Shown here: piece by piece, positions 54,956 through 64,000 of the stretch
Layout of the letters: each line of letters begins with the position of its first letter
How positions within the stretch are numbered: position 1 is the first letter of the stretch
NCBI GenBank assembly: GCA_949290295.1
Contig: CASERH010000001.1
Span: 507-64,506, forward strand
Reading direction: 5' to 3'
Source: an uncultured Pseudomonadota bacterium
Lineage (GTDB): Bacteria > Pseudomonadota > Alphaproteobacteria > RF32 > CAG-239
Length of the DNA: 64,000 bases
Position numbers and translations under genes: made by a program
Notes under the pieces: model-generated
What the model was told of the DNA's origin: nothing
What the model saw: the letters and a program-made list of their open reading frames with translations, nothing else
Database searches by the model: none

Positions 54956-55852
54956 ATGTCAGAAGACTCTAAAAACGAACCTTCTTTTTGCCGTTTTGTA
55001 ACCAAGTTTTTTCACCGTCGTCAGCCTGAAACCGTGCGCGAAACGATTGAAGATTTGATAGAAGAGGCCTCCTCAAACGGAGAAGATCAGCTTTCCGAGC
55101 ATGAGCAATTATTGCTCAACAATATTCTGTGTCTAAGCAACAAGAAATGCGCAGAGGCCATGATTCCGAGAGCCGATATCATCGCTTTTCCGCAAACGGG
55201 AACCGTAAAAGATTTGGCCGAGCTCATGGTCACCAAAGGGCACTCCAGAATTCCGATTTACGGAGAATCTCTTGATGATATCGTCGGCATTCTCCATGTA
55301 ATAGATTTGGTCAAATGCTTGCTAAAAGGCAAAAAAGATTGCCAAGTTGCAGATATCGTAACTCCAAATGTCAAGTTCGTATCTCCCTCAATGAGGGTTT
55401 TAGATTTGCTAAGAGAGATGCAAATTCAAAAAGTTCACATGGCCATGGTGGTAGATGAATATGGCGGCATAGACGGCCTTGTAACGATAGAAGATTTGTT
55501 AGAAGAAATCGTTGGCGATATTGAAGATGAATATGATTTAGAAGAAGATCCTCTGATTGCCGTGCAAGATTCAGGAGAAATCATCGCCGATGCCAAAGCC
55601 GAGTTAGATGAGATAAAAGAAATTTCAAACCTTGACCTGGCCCAATATCTTTCCGAAGATGCTGCCTCTGAAATTGAAACCTTGGGCGGATTTGTGTTCA
55701 ACCTAACTCAAAGGATTCCTTCCAGAGGAGAAGTGATTGAGGGCCCAGACGGATTAAAGTTCCAGATTATGGATGTAGACCCGAGAAGGATAAAGAAGGT
55801 CATGATTATCCGCCCCAAGGAATCAGAAACAAATGAAAGCCAAGCTGATTAA
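54956..55852 (+). CDS. corC: CBS-pair/CorC_HlyC domain protein (CorC/TlyC-type magnesium/cobalt efflux accessory protein)
   Basis: 298 aa. CBS pair plus a C-terminal transporter-associated domain. Conserved position after ybeY. Confidence 0.85.
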   Translation: MSEDSKNEPSFCRFVTKFFHRRQPETVRETIEDLIEEASSNGEDQLSEHEQLLLNNILCLSNKKCAEAMIPRADIIAFPQTGTVKDLAELMVTKGHSRIPIYGESLDDIVGILHVIDLVKCLLKGKKDCQVADIVTPNVKFVSPSMRVLDLLREMQIQKVHMAMVVDEYGGIDGLVTIEDLLEEIVGDIEDEYDLEEDPLIAVQDSGEIIADAKAELDEIKEISNLDLAQYLSEDAASEIETLGGFVFNLTQRIPSRGEVIEGPDGLKFQIMDVDPRRIKKVMIIRPKESETNESQAD

Positions 55853-57353
55853 ACATTACCGGCTACTGTCTTTTTTAAGTGGTTGGCTGGCTACCGCCGC
55901 CCTACCGCCGTGGTATGCGTTTCCGGTTTTGTTCGTCAGCTTTTCACTGCTCTTGTGGCTGATTGACAACTGTGCCACAAAAGGCATGGCTTTCAAAAGC
56001 GGCTATTATTTCGGTTTTGCTTTTTTTGCCTTTGGCCTAGCCTGGATAAACAATGCACTATTGCTGGATGCAAACGCCTTTGGATGGTTGGTGCCCATAA
56101 CCTTCTTAGCCTCGGGATTTTTCTTTGGTTTATTTATTGCCATCCCGGCATGGCTAAGTTGGTATGCCAAAAAAGATTGGGCCAGGTATTTGGCTTTTAC
56201 CGCTCTTTTTGTAGTTTTTGAGTGGATAAGGAGCTTCTTTCTGACCGGCTTTCCGTGGAATTTGCTTGGCTCAACTCTTGCTTTCAGCGATATTTTGATT
56301 CAAGCAGCTGGCTTGGGAGGCACTTATTTCTTAAGTTTGCTGGTGTTGCTCGCAGCCGGAGCACCGTTTTTATATTTCAACAGTAAGAGCAAAAAAAGAT
56401 TAAAAATTTCAGTATCAATCATTGCCGTTATTTTAGTGTTTTTAGGCGGCTTTGGATATTTCAAAATAAAAGCACATCCTCACCAAGCCTCCTCCACAAT
56501 TATCCGGCTGGTTCAACCGGCCATTCCGCAAAGTTTGAAATGGAATGCGGCGGCCCTATCAGACAATTTGGAGCAATATATAAAACTCTCCCAACTTCCG
56601 GGCTTTGATAATGTGGACTTCATCATTTGGGGAGAAACAGCCTTTCCTTATGCCATTGAGCAAGACATTTATCATCGACAAATGTTGCAATACGCCATTC
56701 CGCCGCAAGGATATCTTATCACCGGAGCCCTGCGTTACGAAGATATTCAAGACGCCTCATACAAGGTATACAATTCTCTGTTTGTTTTGAATAAGAGCAA
56801 TAAAATCATCGCCACATACGACAAATTTCACTTGGTCCCGTTTGGAGAGTATATACCTTTGCGAAAATATTTGCCGGAATGGATAAGGCCCGTTGCCAAC
56901 GCCATTGGCAGCTTTCAAGCCGGAAAAGGACCAGAAATTATCACCATTCCCGAGCAACCCTCTCTGGGTGGTTTAATTTGCTATGAAGTAATCTTCCCGC
57001 ACCAAATTTTAGATAAAAACAATCGCCCACAATGGATTGTAAACCTCACCAATGACGGCTGGTACGGCGATTCTGCAGGCCCCCACCAACACTTGGTGGC
57101 AACCAGACTTCGCGCGGTAGAAGAAGGAATAACCATTGCCCGAGTTGCCGGCAGCGGCATCTCCGCGCTCATTTCTCCCTTAGGGACTGTTTTGGGACAA
57201 ATACCTCTTCACAAACAGGGCATTTTAGATATTGCCCTGCCCAAAGAACCCCAGTTTTCCACAACTTATAGTAGATTAGGCAACAGCCTTATTCTGCTCA
57301 TATGTTCTTTCCTGTTGGGTGTTGCATTTGTTCAAAAAAACGCAAACAACTAA
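55833..57353 (+). CDS. lnt: Apolipoprotein N-acyltransferase
   Basis: 506 aa. N-terminal multi-TM region plus a C-terminal nitrilase-like domain (WGE...KFHLVPFGEY...ICYE). Conserved position after corC. Confidence 0.9.
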   Translation: MKAKLIKHYRLLSFLSGWLATAALPPWYAFPVLFVSFSLLLWLIDNCATKGMAFKSGYYFGFAFFAFGLAWINNALLLDANAFGWLVPITFLASGFFFGLFIAIPAWLSWYAKKDWARYLAFTALFVVFEWIRSFFLTGFPWNLLGSTLAFSDILIQAAGLGGTYFLSLLVLLAAGAPFLYFNSKSKKRLKISVSIIAVILVFLGGFGYFKIKAHPHQASSTIIRLVQPAIPQSLKWNAAALSDNLEQYIKLSQLPGFDNVDFIIWGETAFPYAIEQDIYHRQMLQYAIPPQGYLITGALRYEDIQDASYKVYNSLFVLNKSNKIIATYDKFHLVPFGEYIPLRKYLPEWIRPVANAIGSFQAGKGPEIITIPEQPSLGGLICYEVIFPHQILDKNNRPQWIVNLTNDGWYGDSAGPHQHLVATRLRAVEEGITIARVAGSGISALISPLGTVLGQIPLHKQGILDIALPKEPQFSTTYSRLGNSLILLICSFLLGVAFVQKNANN

Positions 57354-57498
57354 AACTATTGTCTATATACAATGTTCTGTATTCGCTTCATTATGATTTT
57401 ATAATATAATATGTTATATAAAAAATCTGTTGACGATTTGATTGCAAAATCCTATTTTATAAATAACGAACTATACACTCACCTAAGGGACTTGAACT

Positions 57499-57999
57499 AT
57501 GATCAAACAACTAACAAAGAAATCCAACCGTGGCCGCACACCGCAGGGGGAGCCAAATCCGGTCGACGTTCACGTCGGTAATCGTATCCGCCTCAGACGC
57601 ACACTTTTAGGCCTGAGCCAAGAAAAATTGGCCAGCATGTTGGGCCTGACATTTCAGCAGGTTCAGAAATATGAAAGAGGCATGAACCGCGTTGGCGCCA
57701 GCCGTCTGTGGGACATCAGCAAAGTGTTGGAAGTTCCAATCAACTTCTTTTACGAAGACATGGACAAGTCGGTTGCCAACCAGTCTCCAAGGATGTTTTC
57801 TCTTCCGGAGGGAGATATAGATTTCTTGGAAGAAGAGGAAGAAATCTACAACGATGACCCCATGCAGCGGCAAGAAACCATAGAGTTGGTAAAGGCTTAT
57901 TATAAAATTCCCAACCGCACGGCGGCTCGTCATTTGTATGACCTTATTATATCAATGTCCAAAACAAACTATAATAATCAGTCAGAAGACGAAGAATAA
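57499..57999 (+). CDS. XRE-family helix-turn-helix transcriptional regulator
   Basis: 166 aa. IRLRRTLLGLSQEKLASMLGLTFQQVQKYERGMNRVGASRLWDISKVLEVPINFFY is a textbook HTH_XRE domain. Acidic C-terminal region. TTGACG, 17 nt, TATTTT lies upstream. Confidence 0.85.
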   Translation: MIKQLTKKSNRGRTPQGEPNPVDVHVGNRIRLRRTLLGLSQEKLASMLGLTFQQVQKYERGMNRVGASRLWDISKVLEVPINFFYEDMDKSVANQSPRMFSLPEGDIDFLEEEEEIYNDDPMQRQETIELVKAYYKIPNRTAARHLYDLIISMSKTNYNNQSEDEE

Positions 58000-58022
58000 A
58001 AATCTTGCGATATTAGGAAAAA

Positions 58023-58049
58023 AAGCTGGTAATTTGCCAGCTTTTTTTT
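58023..58049 (+). terminator. Intrinsic terminator after the XRE regulator gene
   Basis: AAGCTGG-TAATTTG-CCAGCTT stem followed by T8. Confidence 0.8.
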
Positions 58050-58082
58050 ATTATAAAAACAGCAAAAAGAACTGAGGTAAAA

Positions 58083-59240
58083 ATGTCTGTTTTATTCACG
58101 AGCGAATCCGTTTCAGCCGGCCACCCTGACAAGGTCTGCGATGCCATATCCGATGCCCTTTTGGACTTGCACTTACAAAAAGATACAAAAGCACGCACAG
58201 CCATAGAAACACTCGCCACCACGGACCAAGTTATCATTGCCGGAGAAACATCTTCATCCTCCCTCCCCACAGATGAGGAAATAGAGTTGGCGATTCGCCA
58301 AGTTGTCAAAAACATCGGCTACGAGCAAGTTGGCTTTAGCTGGAAGACTTTGAAAATAAACAACTTACTTCACCGCCAGTCAGCAGATATAGCATTAGGA
58401 GTAGACCGCTTCGGTGCCGGAGACCAAGGCATTATGTTTGGTTATGCCAAAAAAGAAAAAGGATTTGAAACGGAATATATGCCGCTGCCGATATTTTTGG
58501 CACACCAAATTTTGCAGGAACTCTCGGGAATTCGCCTGCAAGATTTACAAAATCGCCTTGGTCCTGACGCCAAAAGCCAGGTCACGGTAGAATACAACGA
58601 ACAGGGAGAAGCTGTTACTTTGCCTAAAATTGTTGTTTCCAGCCAACACGGCAAAGATGTGGAGATAGAAGAGGTCAGAGAGCTTGTCAAACAAGCCTTA
58701 AAAAAAGCAATTCCTGAAAGCTTAATGCCATCAGAACAGGCTCTATTGATAAACCCAACCGGCCGTTTTGTCATTGGCGGCCCCGATGGTGATACCGGGC
58801 TCACCGGCCGCAAAATAATTGTGGACACCTATGGCGGCGCAGCCCCGCACGGCGGCGGAGCATTTTCCGGCAAAGACCCGACCAAAGTAGACCGCTCTGC
58901 GGCTTATATGCTCCGCTGGCTGGCAAAAAATGTGGTAGCGGCAGGTTTGGCAGATGAATGTTTGCTACAAATATCTTATGCCATCGGTATTGCTGAACCT
59001 TTGTCTTTATACATAGACACCAAAGGAACAAGCAAACTACCGCAAGAACAGATATTAAGCTGGATAAAAGAAAACGTTGAGTTAACCCCGGAGGCCATTA
59101 TCTCAAGGCTAGACCTGCGCCGCCCGATTTATTCTGGCACCAGCGCTTATGGACATTTCGGACGCAAGCCCAAAAGCGACGGCTCTTTTTCTTGGGAAAA
59201 ATTAGATTTAGTAAAGGATCTTCAAAATGCTCTACTCTGA
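58083..59240 (+). CDS. metK: S-adenosylmethionine synthase
   Basis: 385 aa. FTSESVSAGHPDKVCD, GAGDQGIMFGYA and GGGAFSGKDPTKVDRSAAY motifs. Confidence 0.97.
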   Translation: MSVLFTSESVSAGHPDKVCDAISDALLDLHLQKDTKARTAIETLATTDQVIIAGETSSSSLPTDEEIELAIRQVVKNIGYEQVGFSWKTLKINNLLHRQSADIALGVDRFGAGDQGIMFGYAKKEKGFETEYMPLPIFLAHQILQELSGIRLQDLQNRLGPDAKSQVTVEYNEQGEAVTLPKIVVSSQHGKDVEIEEVRELVKQALKKAIPESLMPSEQALLINPTGRFVIGGPDGDTGLTGRKIIVDTYGGAAPHGGGAFSGKDPTKVDRSAAYMLRWLAKNVVAAGLADECLLQISYAIGIAEPLSLYIDTKGTSKLPQEQILSWIKENVELTPEAIISRLDLRRPIYSGTSAYGHFGRKPKSDGSFSWEKLDLVKDLQNALL

Positions 59241-59973
59241 TAAACACCCGCACGACCCATCAGAGCCAAAATTTTTTGGCCGCCGTCAAGGTCGCCGCAT
59301 CAGAAAAGCAAAAACCTCTTTGCTTGAAAGCTTTTTACCTGAATTGCAAATAAATCAGAACACTGTATTTAAAAAAGAAACATTGTTCGGTGTGCCGGTC
59401 AAATCCGTTTGTTTGGAGATTGGTTTTGGCAACGGTGAACATATAGCCGGCCAAGCCTTAAAAAATCCGGATACCGGCTATATCGGAGCAGAGGTTTTCA
59501 AAAACGGTGTGGCCAATCTCCTAACTTTGCTAACCGGAATAAAAGAAGGCAATGACCTGCCTGAGCAGATTACGCTCTTACCCGAAAGAGTAGACAACGT
59601 CAGAATTTATGATGATGACATCCGCCTTCTTTTTTCACGCCTGCCGGATAGCTTTTTAGACAAGGTTTTTCTGCTGTTTCCGGACCCCTGGCCCAAGAAA
59701 CGCCATGCTCCACGCCGCTTTGTAAACCCTGAAAACCTAAAAGAGATTGCACGCATCCTAAGGCCCGGCGGACTGTTCAGAATAGCCACCGACCACCCGA
59801 TATATAAGAGCTGGAGTTTGCGGCAAATGCACGAAGATAAAAACTTTCGCTGGGCAGCAACCTGCGGCAAAGACTGGAAAAACCCGCCCTCAGATTGGGT
59901 TGAGACCAAATATCAAAGGAAAGCCATAAGAGAAGGCCGACGACCAATTTTTTTAGACTTCATCCGTCTTTAA
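59227..59973 (+). CDS. trmB: tRNA (guanine46-N7)-methyltransferase TrmB
   Basis: 248 aa. FFGRRQGRRIR N-terminus, LEIGFGNGEH and LFPDPWPKKRH motifs. Overlaps the metK 3' end by 14 nt. Confidence 0.92.
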   Translation: MLYSDKHPHDPSEPKFFGRRQGRRIRKAKTSLLESFLPELQINQNTVFKKETLFGVPVKSVCLEIGFGNGEHIAGQALKNPDTGYIGAEVFKNGVANLLTLLTGIKEGNDLPEQITLLPERVDNVRIYDDDIRLLFSRLPDSFLDKVFLLFPDPWPKKRHAPRRFVNPENLKEIARILRPGGLFRIATDHPIYKSWSLRQMHEDKNFRWAATCGKDWKNPPSDWVETKYQRKAIREGRRPIFLDFIRL

Positions 59974-60017
59974 GTTAAAGAAAATGTGATTATATGAAAA
60001 ACAAAAAGGAGATATCA

Positions 60018-61394
60018 ATGACCAAACAAAAACAAAAAAAGCACCTTTGGCTATACATAATAGCCGCGGTAGCCTCACTTGGAGGCTTGCTTTCCGGTTT
60101 TGACATGGGTGTCATATCCGGAGCCCTGCTATTCATCAACGAAACCTGGTCTATGACGCCTCTGGAGCAAGGCTGGCTGGTAAGCTCGGCCATTGCCGGT
60201 TCAGTCGTTGGTGCTGCAGCCAATGGTTTCTTGGCGGACATGTATGGACGCAAAAAAATAATCATTGCCACCGCTTTGATTTTTGTTGTTGGTTCTTTGA
60301 TGTGCGGTTTTGCCCAAACCATTTCTCAACTGATTATCTCACGTATCATTATCGGCATTGCGGTTGGTATGGTCAGTTTTGCGGTGCCGCTGTATTTGTC
60401 AGAGATTTCTCCGCAAAAGATTCGCGGAATGTTGATTTCTCTTTTCCAACTGGCTATCACTGCCGGCATTTTGCTTTCATATCTCATCAACCGCGTATTT
60501 GCCAACTTTGACTACAACTGGCGTTGGATGCTCGGCTCCGGTGTAATCCCTGCCGCCATTTTGCTGATTGGCATCAGCTTCTTAGGCGACACGCCTCGCT
60601 GGTTGATAAGCAAACACCGCGATGAAGAAGCTAAAGACATCTTCAAAAAGATAGAGCCCGAAGGAGATGTTGAGGCTCACATTAAAGAGATAAAAGAGAC
60701 TTTAACCCCAAAGAAAAAAGAGAGCAAAGCGAGCTTCAAACGCTGGATGTTTATGCCCGTTTTTGTTGGCGTAGGCATCATGTTTGTACAAATTTGCACG
60801 GGTATTAATACCATTATTTATTACACACCCACCATTTTCCAAATTGCCGGTTTTGACTCTCAGATTGGAGCTTTGTACGCCACCATCGGCATAGGCTTTG
60901 TCAACTTTGGTATGACTCTTGTAGCCATTGCCACCATAGACAGATTGGGGCGCAAACCTTTGCTATATATCGGCCTTTGGGGAATGCTGATAAGCCTCAT
61001 CACCTTGGGCAGCTCATTTGCTTTTACCCAAGAGCTTGGCGATGCCCGCAAATGGATAGCCGTTGCCTCGGTAGTAGTTTATATTGCCTCATTTGCCATG
61101 AGCTTAGGCCCTGTTGGCTGGATTATGATATCAGAGGTTATGCCGCTGCAAATCAGAGGCCTGGCCATGAGTGCCGCCACAGTAGCTAACTTTGGTTTCA
61201 ACTTTGTGGTTGTTTTGAGTTTTCTGCCGCTGTTGGACCTCATCGGCAGAGCGGCCACATTCTGGATGTTTGGCGGCATCACGATAATTTCCATGCTTTT
61301 CGTATATTTCTTTATTCCCGAGACCAAGGGAATTTCCCTAGAAAAGATAGAAAAGAACTGGAAAGAGGGCAGATCGGCCCGTAAATTTCAGTAA
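60018..61394 (+). CDS. MFS sugar-porter family transporter
   Basis: Start placed at ATG 60018 (AAAAGGAG upstream), giving 458 aa. GRKKIII corresponds to the GRR/K motif, GDTPRWL to the PESPRWL-like motif, and PETKG is present. 12 TM segments. Confidence 0.88.
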   Translation: MTKQKQKKHLWLYIIAAVASLGGLLSGFDMGVISGALLFINETWSMTPLEQGWLVSSAIAGSVVGAAANGFLADMYGRKKIIIATALIFVVGSLMCGFAQTISQLIISRIIIGIAVGMVSFAVPLYLSEISPQKIRGMLISLFQLAITAGILLSYLINRVFANFDYNWRWMLGSGVIPAAILLIGISFLGDTPRWLISKHRDEEAKDIFKKIEPEGDVEAHIKEIKETLTPKKKESKASFKRWMFMPVFVGVGIMFVQICTGINTIIYYTPTIFQIAGFDSQIGALYATIGIGFVNFGMTLVAIATIDRLGRKPLLYIGLWGMLISLITLGSSFAFTQELGDARKWIAVASVVVYIASFAMSLGPVGWIMISEVMPLQIRGLAMSAATVANFGFNFVVVLSFLPLLDLIGRAATFWMFGGITIISMLFVYFFIPETKGISLEKIEKNWKEGRSARKFQ

Positions 61395-61408
61395 AGAAGC
61401 GGCACAAA

Positions 61409-61437
61409 ATCCCCGGAAGTTTCCGGGGATTTTTTTG
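61409..61437 (+). terminator. Intrinsic terminator after the sugar transporter gene
   Basis: ATCCCCGG-AAGTTT-CCGGGGAT stem followed by T6. Confidence 0.85.
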
Positions 61438-61500
61438 TTTGATAAAAAAATAAAATAGATATAATAAGGCTGATAAAGAAACAACCTAGAAAGAAAAAAG

Positions 61501-62577
61501 ATGAAAGTTCTGGTAGGAATGAGCGGCGGCGTAGATTCTTCAGTGGCCGCATTGTTGCTGAAAAGAAAAGGCTATGAGGTAATCGGCGCCACCATGACCA
61601 TATGGGACCAAAAGGTGCGAGCACTTGCCCCCAACGGCAAAGAAGCCTGCTTTGGCCCCAAAGAAAAGAAAGATATTGAATCCGCTCGCGATATCTGCAA
61701 AAAATTGGGTATCCCCTACTATGTCTTTGATTGCCGAGAACAGTATAAAAAACTTGTTTTATCCAATTTCAGGCAAGAATACCTAAACGGCCGCACACCT
61801 AACCCCTGCATTTGGTGCAATGCCACCATCAAGTTTGAGGCTCTGCCCCGCACCGCCAAAGAACAGGGGCTGGAGTTTGATAAGTTTGCAACCGGACATT
61901 ATGCTTGTTTGGACTTCAATAAGGCAAGTAGTCGCTATTTTCTGCGCACGGCTAAAGATTTAAACAAAGACCAGTCTTATTTTCTCTACCGCTTGCAGCA
62001 AGAGCAATTAAGCAAAATCTTGTTACCTCTGGGAGAATATAGCAAGCCGGAAATCAGAGAACTGGCCAAAGAGGCCGGATTAAAAGTCTTTGATAAACCA
62101 GACAGCCAAGATTTCTACTCCGGAAATTATAGTGATTTGCTGGAGGTTAAAGACAACCCCGGTAACTTTGTCTCTCCAGATGGAAAAATTTTGGGCCACC
62201 ACAATGGGATTTGGAACTATACCATCGGCCAACGCCGCGGCCTTGGTGTATCATCTGACCGCCCGCTATATGTTGTTGGTTTTAACAAAGAGAGAAACGA
62301 GGTCATTTTAGCTCACGAGGAAGAAAGCTTGAGAACAATCCTCACGGCCGATAATTGTACCTGGATGGATTTTGAGCTGCCAGATGCTCCTTTTGAAGCA
62401 GAGGCAAAAATTCGCTCCTCTCAAACACCGACAAAAGTTATAATTACAAAAACCGACAACGGAATAAAGGTCGAATTTGCCACCCCGCAAAAAGCCCTCA
62501 CCCCCGGCCAATCAATAGTTTTATACAACAAAGATATTGTTTTGGGTGGCGGAATTATAGATGAGGTTTTGAGCTAA
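61501..62577 (+). CDS. mnmA: tRNA-specific 2-thiouridylase MnmA
   Basis: 358 aa. VGMSGGVDSSVAA PP-loop, the catalytic Cys region NPCIWCN, and KDQSYFL. Confidence 0.95.
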   Translation: MKVLVGMSGGVDSSVAALLLKRKGYEVIGATMTIWDQKVRALAPNGKEACFGPKEKKDIESARDICKKLGIPYYVFDCREQYKKLVLSNFRQEYLNGRTPNPCIWCNATIKFEALPRTAKEQGLEFDKFATGHYACLDFNKASSRYFLRTAKDLNKDQSYFLYRLQQEQLSKILLPLGEYSKPEIRELAKEAGLKVFDKPDSQDFYSGNYSDLLEVKDNPGNFVSPDGKILGHHNGIWNYTIGQRRGLGVSSDRPLYVVGFNKERNEVILAHEEESLRTILTADNCTWMDFELPDAPFEAEAKIRSSQTPTKVIITKTDNGIKVEFATPQKALTPGQSIVLYNKDIVLGGGIIDEVLS

Positions 62578-62580
62578 ATT

Positions 62581-63279
62581 TTAGAGATTAAGGAACGTCA
62601 GCAAAGCTCCAACCACCAAGGGAATGGAGAAGTTGTCATCAATATCCAGTTTATCTTCAAACATTTCGGCAAAAGTTGCCGCCAAGCAGGCAATCACACT
62701 GGCGACATTAAAGGGAAACATCGGCGCCAAAATCATATTAACAAACAGCGCGCTCATAAAGAAGGCTGTTGTCCCTTCCAAGGATTTGTTTTTATAGAGC
62801 TTGCGGCTGCCATATGCCTTGCCAAACAACGCCGCTGCGGTGTCGGACACCAACATAACAGACAACGCAATAACCGCCACCGGCCTTGAAAAAAGGATGG
62901 TGCAAAGAATTGCTGCAGCCAACACATACATGGATCCGGTTGCCTGAAATCTGGCATGAACGGTTTCTTTATTGCGCAATGTTTTAGCAAACAACGCCCC
63001 AAATATTTGCCTGGCCCACGGATATCTTTTATAGTTAGCATACTCAAGCCCGATATCTCCGAGCAAAAGAAGCGCAAATAAAGAGACACCAAACCCCGGA
63101 TGCATAAAGTAGATAACCAAGGGAATCCACAAAGAACTAAGGTGAATGCCTTTGCGATAAAACTCTTTTTTAAGAGATTTATCGATTTGGATTCGCATAA
63201 AAGCTTCTGGATTAAAACGATAGTTTTTCAGAAAACTTAATCGGTTTTTCCACTTAACGTTCCGGTTAAATTTCAACAT
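62581..63279 (-). CDS. Polyprenol/phytol/dolichol kinase-like membrane protein (CTP-dependent, CDS/DUF92-related family)
   Basis: 232 aa ORF. The start is uncertain, and the Met at 63198 is an alternative. E-F-Y-R-K-G-I-H pattern and multi-TM topology resemble phytol/dolichol kinases. By-eye assignment. Confidence 0.5.
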   Translation of the reverse strand: MLKFNRNVKWKNRLSFLKNYRFNPEAFMRIQIDKSLKKEFYRKGIHLSSLWIPLVIYFMHPGFGVSLFALLLLGDIGLEYANYKRYPWARQIFGALFAKTLRNKETVHARFQATGSMYVLAAAILCTILFSRPVAVIALSVMLVSDTAAALFGKAYGSRKLYKNKSLEGTTAFFMSALFVNMILAPMFPFNVASVIACLAATFAEMFEDKLDIDDNFSIPLVVGALLTFLNL

Positions 63280-63300
63280 CTATAGAGCTTTCTAAAGAGC

Positions 63301-63450
63301 CTATTTGTTTTTTTTATTGCAGCAGCAACCTTCTTTTTTGGCGCCCTGCTCTTTTTTACCCTCACTGCATTGATGATTTTCATCACAAGTGCAGTTTTCG
63401 CCGCAAGTACAATTAGGATTATGACATTTCGGATTTGTGCATTTAGACAT
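63301..63450 (-). CDS. Cysteine-rich 49 aa micro-protein (metallothionein-like), absent from the ORF track
   Basis: Reverse-strand ATG at 63450 has GAGGAG 7 nt upstream and TATAAT-like hexamers further upstream. Hand translation: MSKCTNPKCHNPNCTCGENCTCDENHQCSEGKKEQGAKKEGCCCNKKNK, stop TAG at 63303-63301. It has 10 Cys and 2 His in 49 residues, arranged as CxC, CxxxC and CCC clusters. Confidence 0.6.
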   Translation of the reverse strand: MSKCTNPKCHNPNCTCGENCTCDENHQCSEGKKEQGAKKEGCCCNKKNK

Positions 63451-63530
63451 ATGTTTTCTCCTCATAAATTATATTTTGTTTATACAGCAACAAAGTTAAT
63501 AAGCAAGTCTTTTTCAATAAAACTTTATTT

Positions 63531-64000
63531 TTATTCCTCGGCCAATTCCCTAACAGGCTCGCCATAAGCATCTTTAAGCAGGCGCTTTTCAGCAAACAGC
63601 TTTTTCCATTTGGCAAAAGTGCCAAACAAAACCAACAACATCAGGAACATCACCAATAGCCCTAGCACCGCAAGCAGATATTGTTTTTGCGGCCAATACT
63701 GTTCAAAGACCTGCAAATATCCGGCCCCAAAAGTTACCACGACCATAAAGATTCCGGGAATTGCCACCGCCAAAGCATAAACCCCTCTGTTAAGCCGCAG
63801 CAACATGGTGGTGCAAACAATCAAAGCGCAAGCCGCCAGCAACTGGTTGCTCAACCCAAACAACGGCCATATACTGCTGATATTTCCAGTATAAACCAGA
63901 TAACCCCACAAGAAAGTGAACACGGCACTGCTCAAGATGATGCCTGGCCACCATTCTTTGTCATTAAATTTAGGATAAACAAGCCCCATCATCTCCTGCA
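63531..64000 (-). CDS. cstA: Carbon starvation protein CstA (peptide/pyruvate transporter family), C-terminal part only; the ORF continues past the right edge
   Basis: Hydrophobic C-terminal TM segments followed by a hydrophilic tail (KWKKLFAEKRLLKDAYGEPV). The frame stays open to position 64000. Family recognised by eye from the C-terminal pattern. Confidence 0.65.
   Translation of the reverse strand, partial: QEMMGLVYPKFNDKEWWPGIILSSAVFTFLWGYLVYTGNISSIWPLFGLSNQLLAACALIVCTTMLLRLNRGVYALAVAIPGIFMVVVTFGAGYLQVFEQYWPQKQYLLAVLGLLVMFLMLLVLFGTFAKWKKLFAEKRLLKDAYGEPVRELAEE

Noticed and set aside
58000-58082. A SAM riboswitch upstream of metK.
   Set aside because: The interval is only about 80 nt. 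Most of it is taken up by the terminator of the upstream XRE gene and an A-rich spacer, which leaves no room for a SAM-I, SAM-II or SAM-V fold.
1-64000. A window-wide look for CRISPR arrays, rRNA or tRNA genes, IS elements or transposases, prophage blocks and recognisable defence systems (RM, TA, CBASS, retron and similar).
   Set aside because: I saw no regularly spaced direct repeats, no tRNA-like T-arm or acceptor motifs in intergenic regions, no transposase or integrase other than XerD, and no nuclease, reverse transcriptase or cyclase signatures outside AddAB, Nth, YbeY and Rph. This was a by-eye scan, so short or highly divergent elements could have been missed.

Overview
The window is a dense run of about 65 genes that looks chromosomal and mostly housekeeping. 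Gene content and local synteny point to an Alphaproteobacteria-type organism. The supporting blocks are addA/addB with a Walker-less AddB, DUF3576-leuS-lptE-holA, lptF-lptD-surA-rsmA, xerD divergent from aroK, a Mic60/mitofilin-like gene divergent from tsaD, miaB-phoH-ybeY-corC-lnt followed by XRE and metK-trmB, and rph-rdgB. I saw no rRNA, tRNA, CRISPR array, transposase, phage integrase or recognisable defence system, and I cannot point to one clear new system. The items worth follow-up are listed here. (1) A three-gene [FeFe]-hydrogenase module (NuoE-like, NuoF-like, HydA) sits in this backbone, and its HydB lacks a C-terminal ferredoxin domain. (2) A roughly 165 nt promoter-to-terminator structured RNA candidate with CU-rich anti-SD-like motifs lies directly upstream of a 72 aa XRE-type HTH gene. 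(3) A 675 aa lipoprotein carries a C-terminal trypsin-like domain in which all three catalytic positions appear substituted. (4) A 49 aa cysteine-rich, metallothionein-like micro-ORF is missing from the ORF track, and FolD carries a His/Cys-rich tail. (5) An orphan gene next to xerD differs from its neighbours in codon usage. (6) An rsmB-linked cluster encodes degenerate PanE-like and MraY/WecA-like proteins plus a TPR protein. Several canonical operon partners are missing from their usual positions: lptG, pdxA, aroB, hrcA and hemC/hemD. All calls come from reading the sequence and from by-eye motif recognition. No database search was run.
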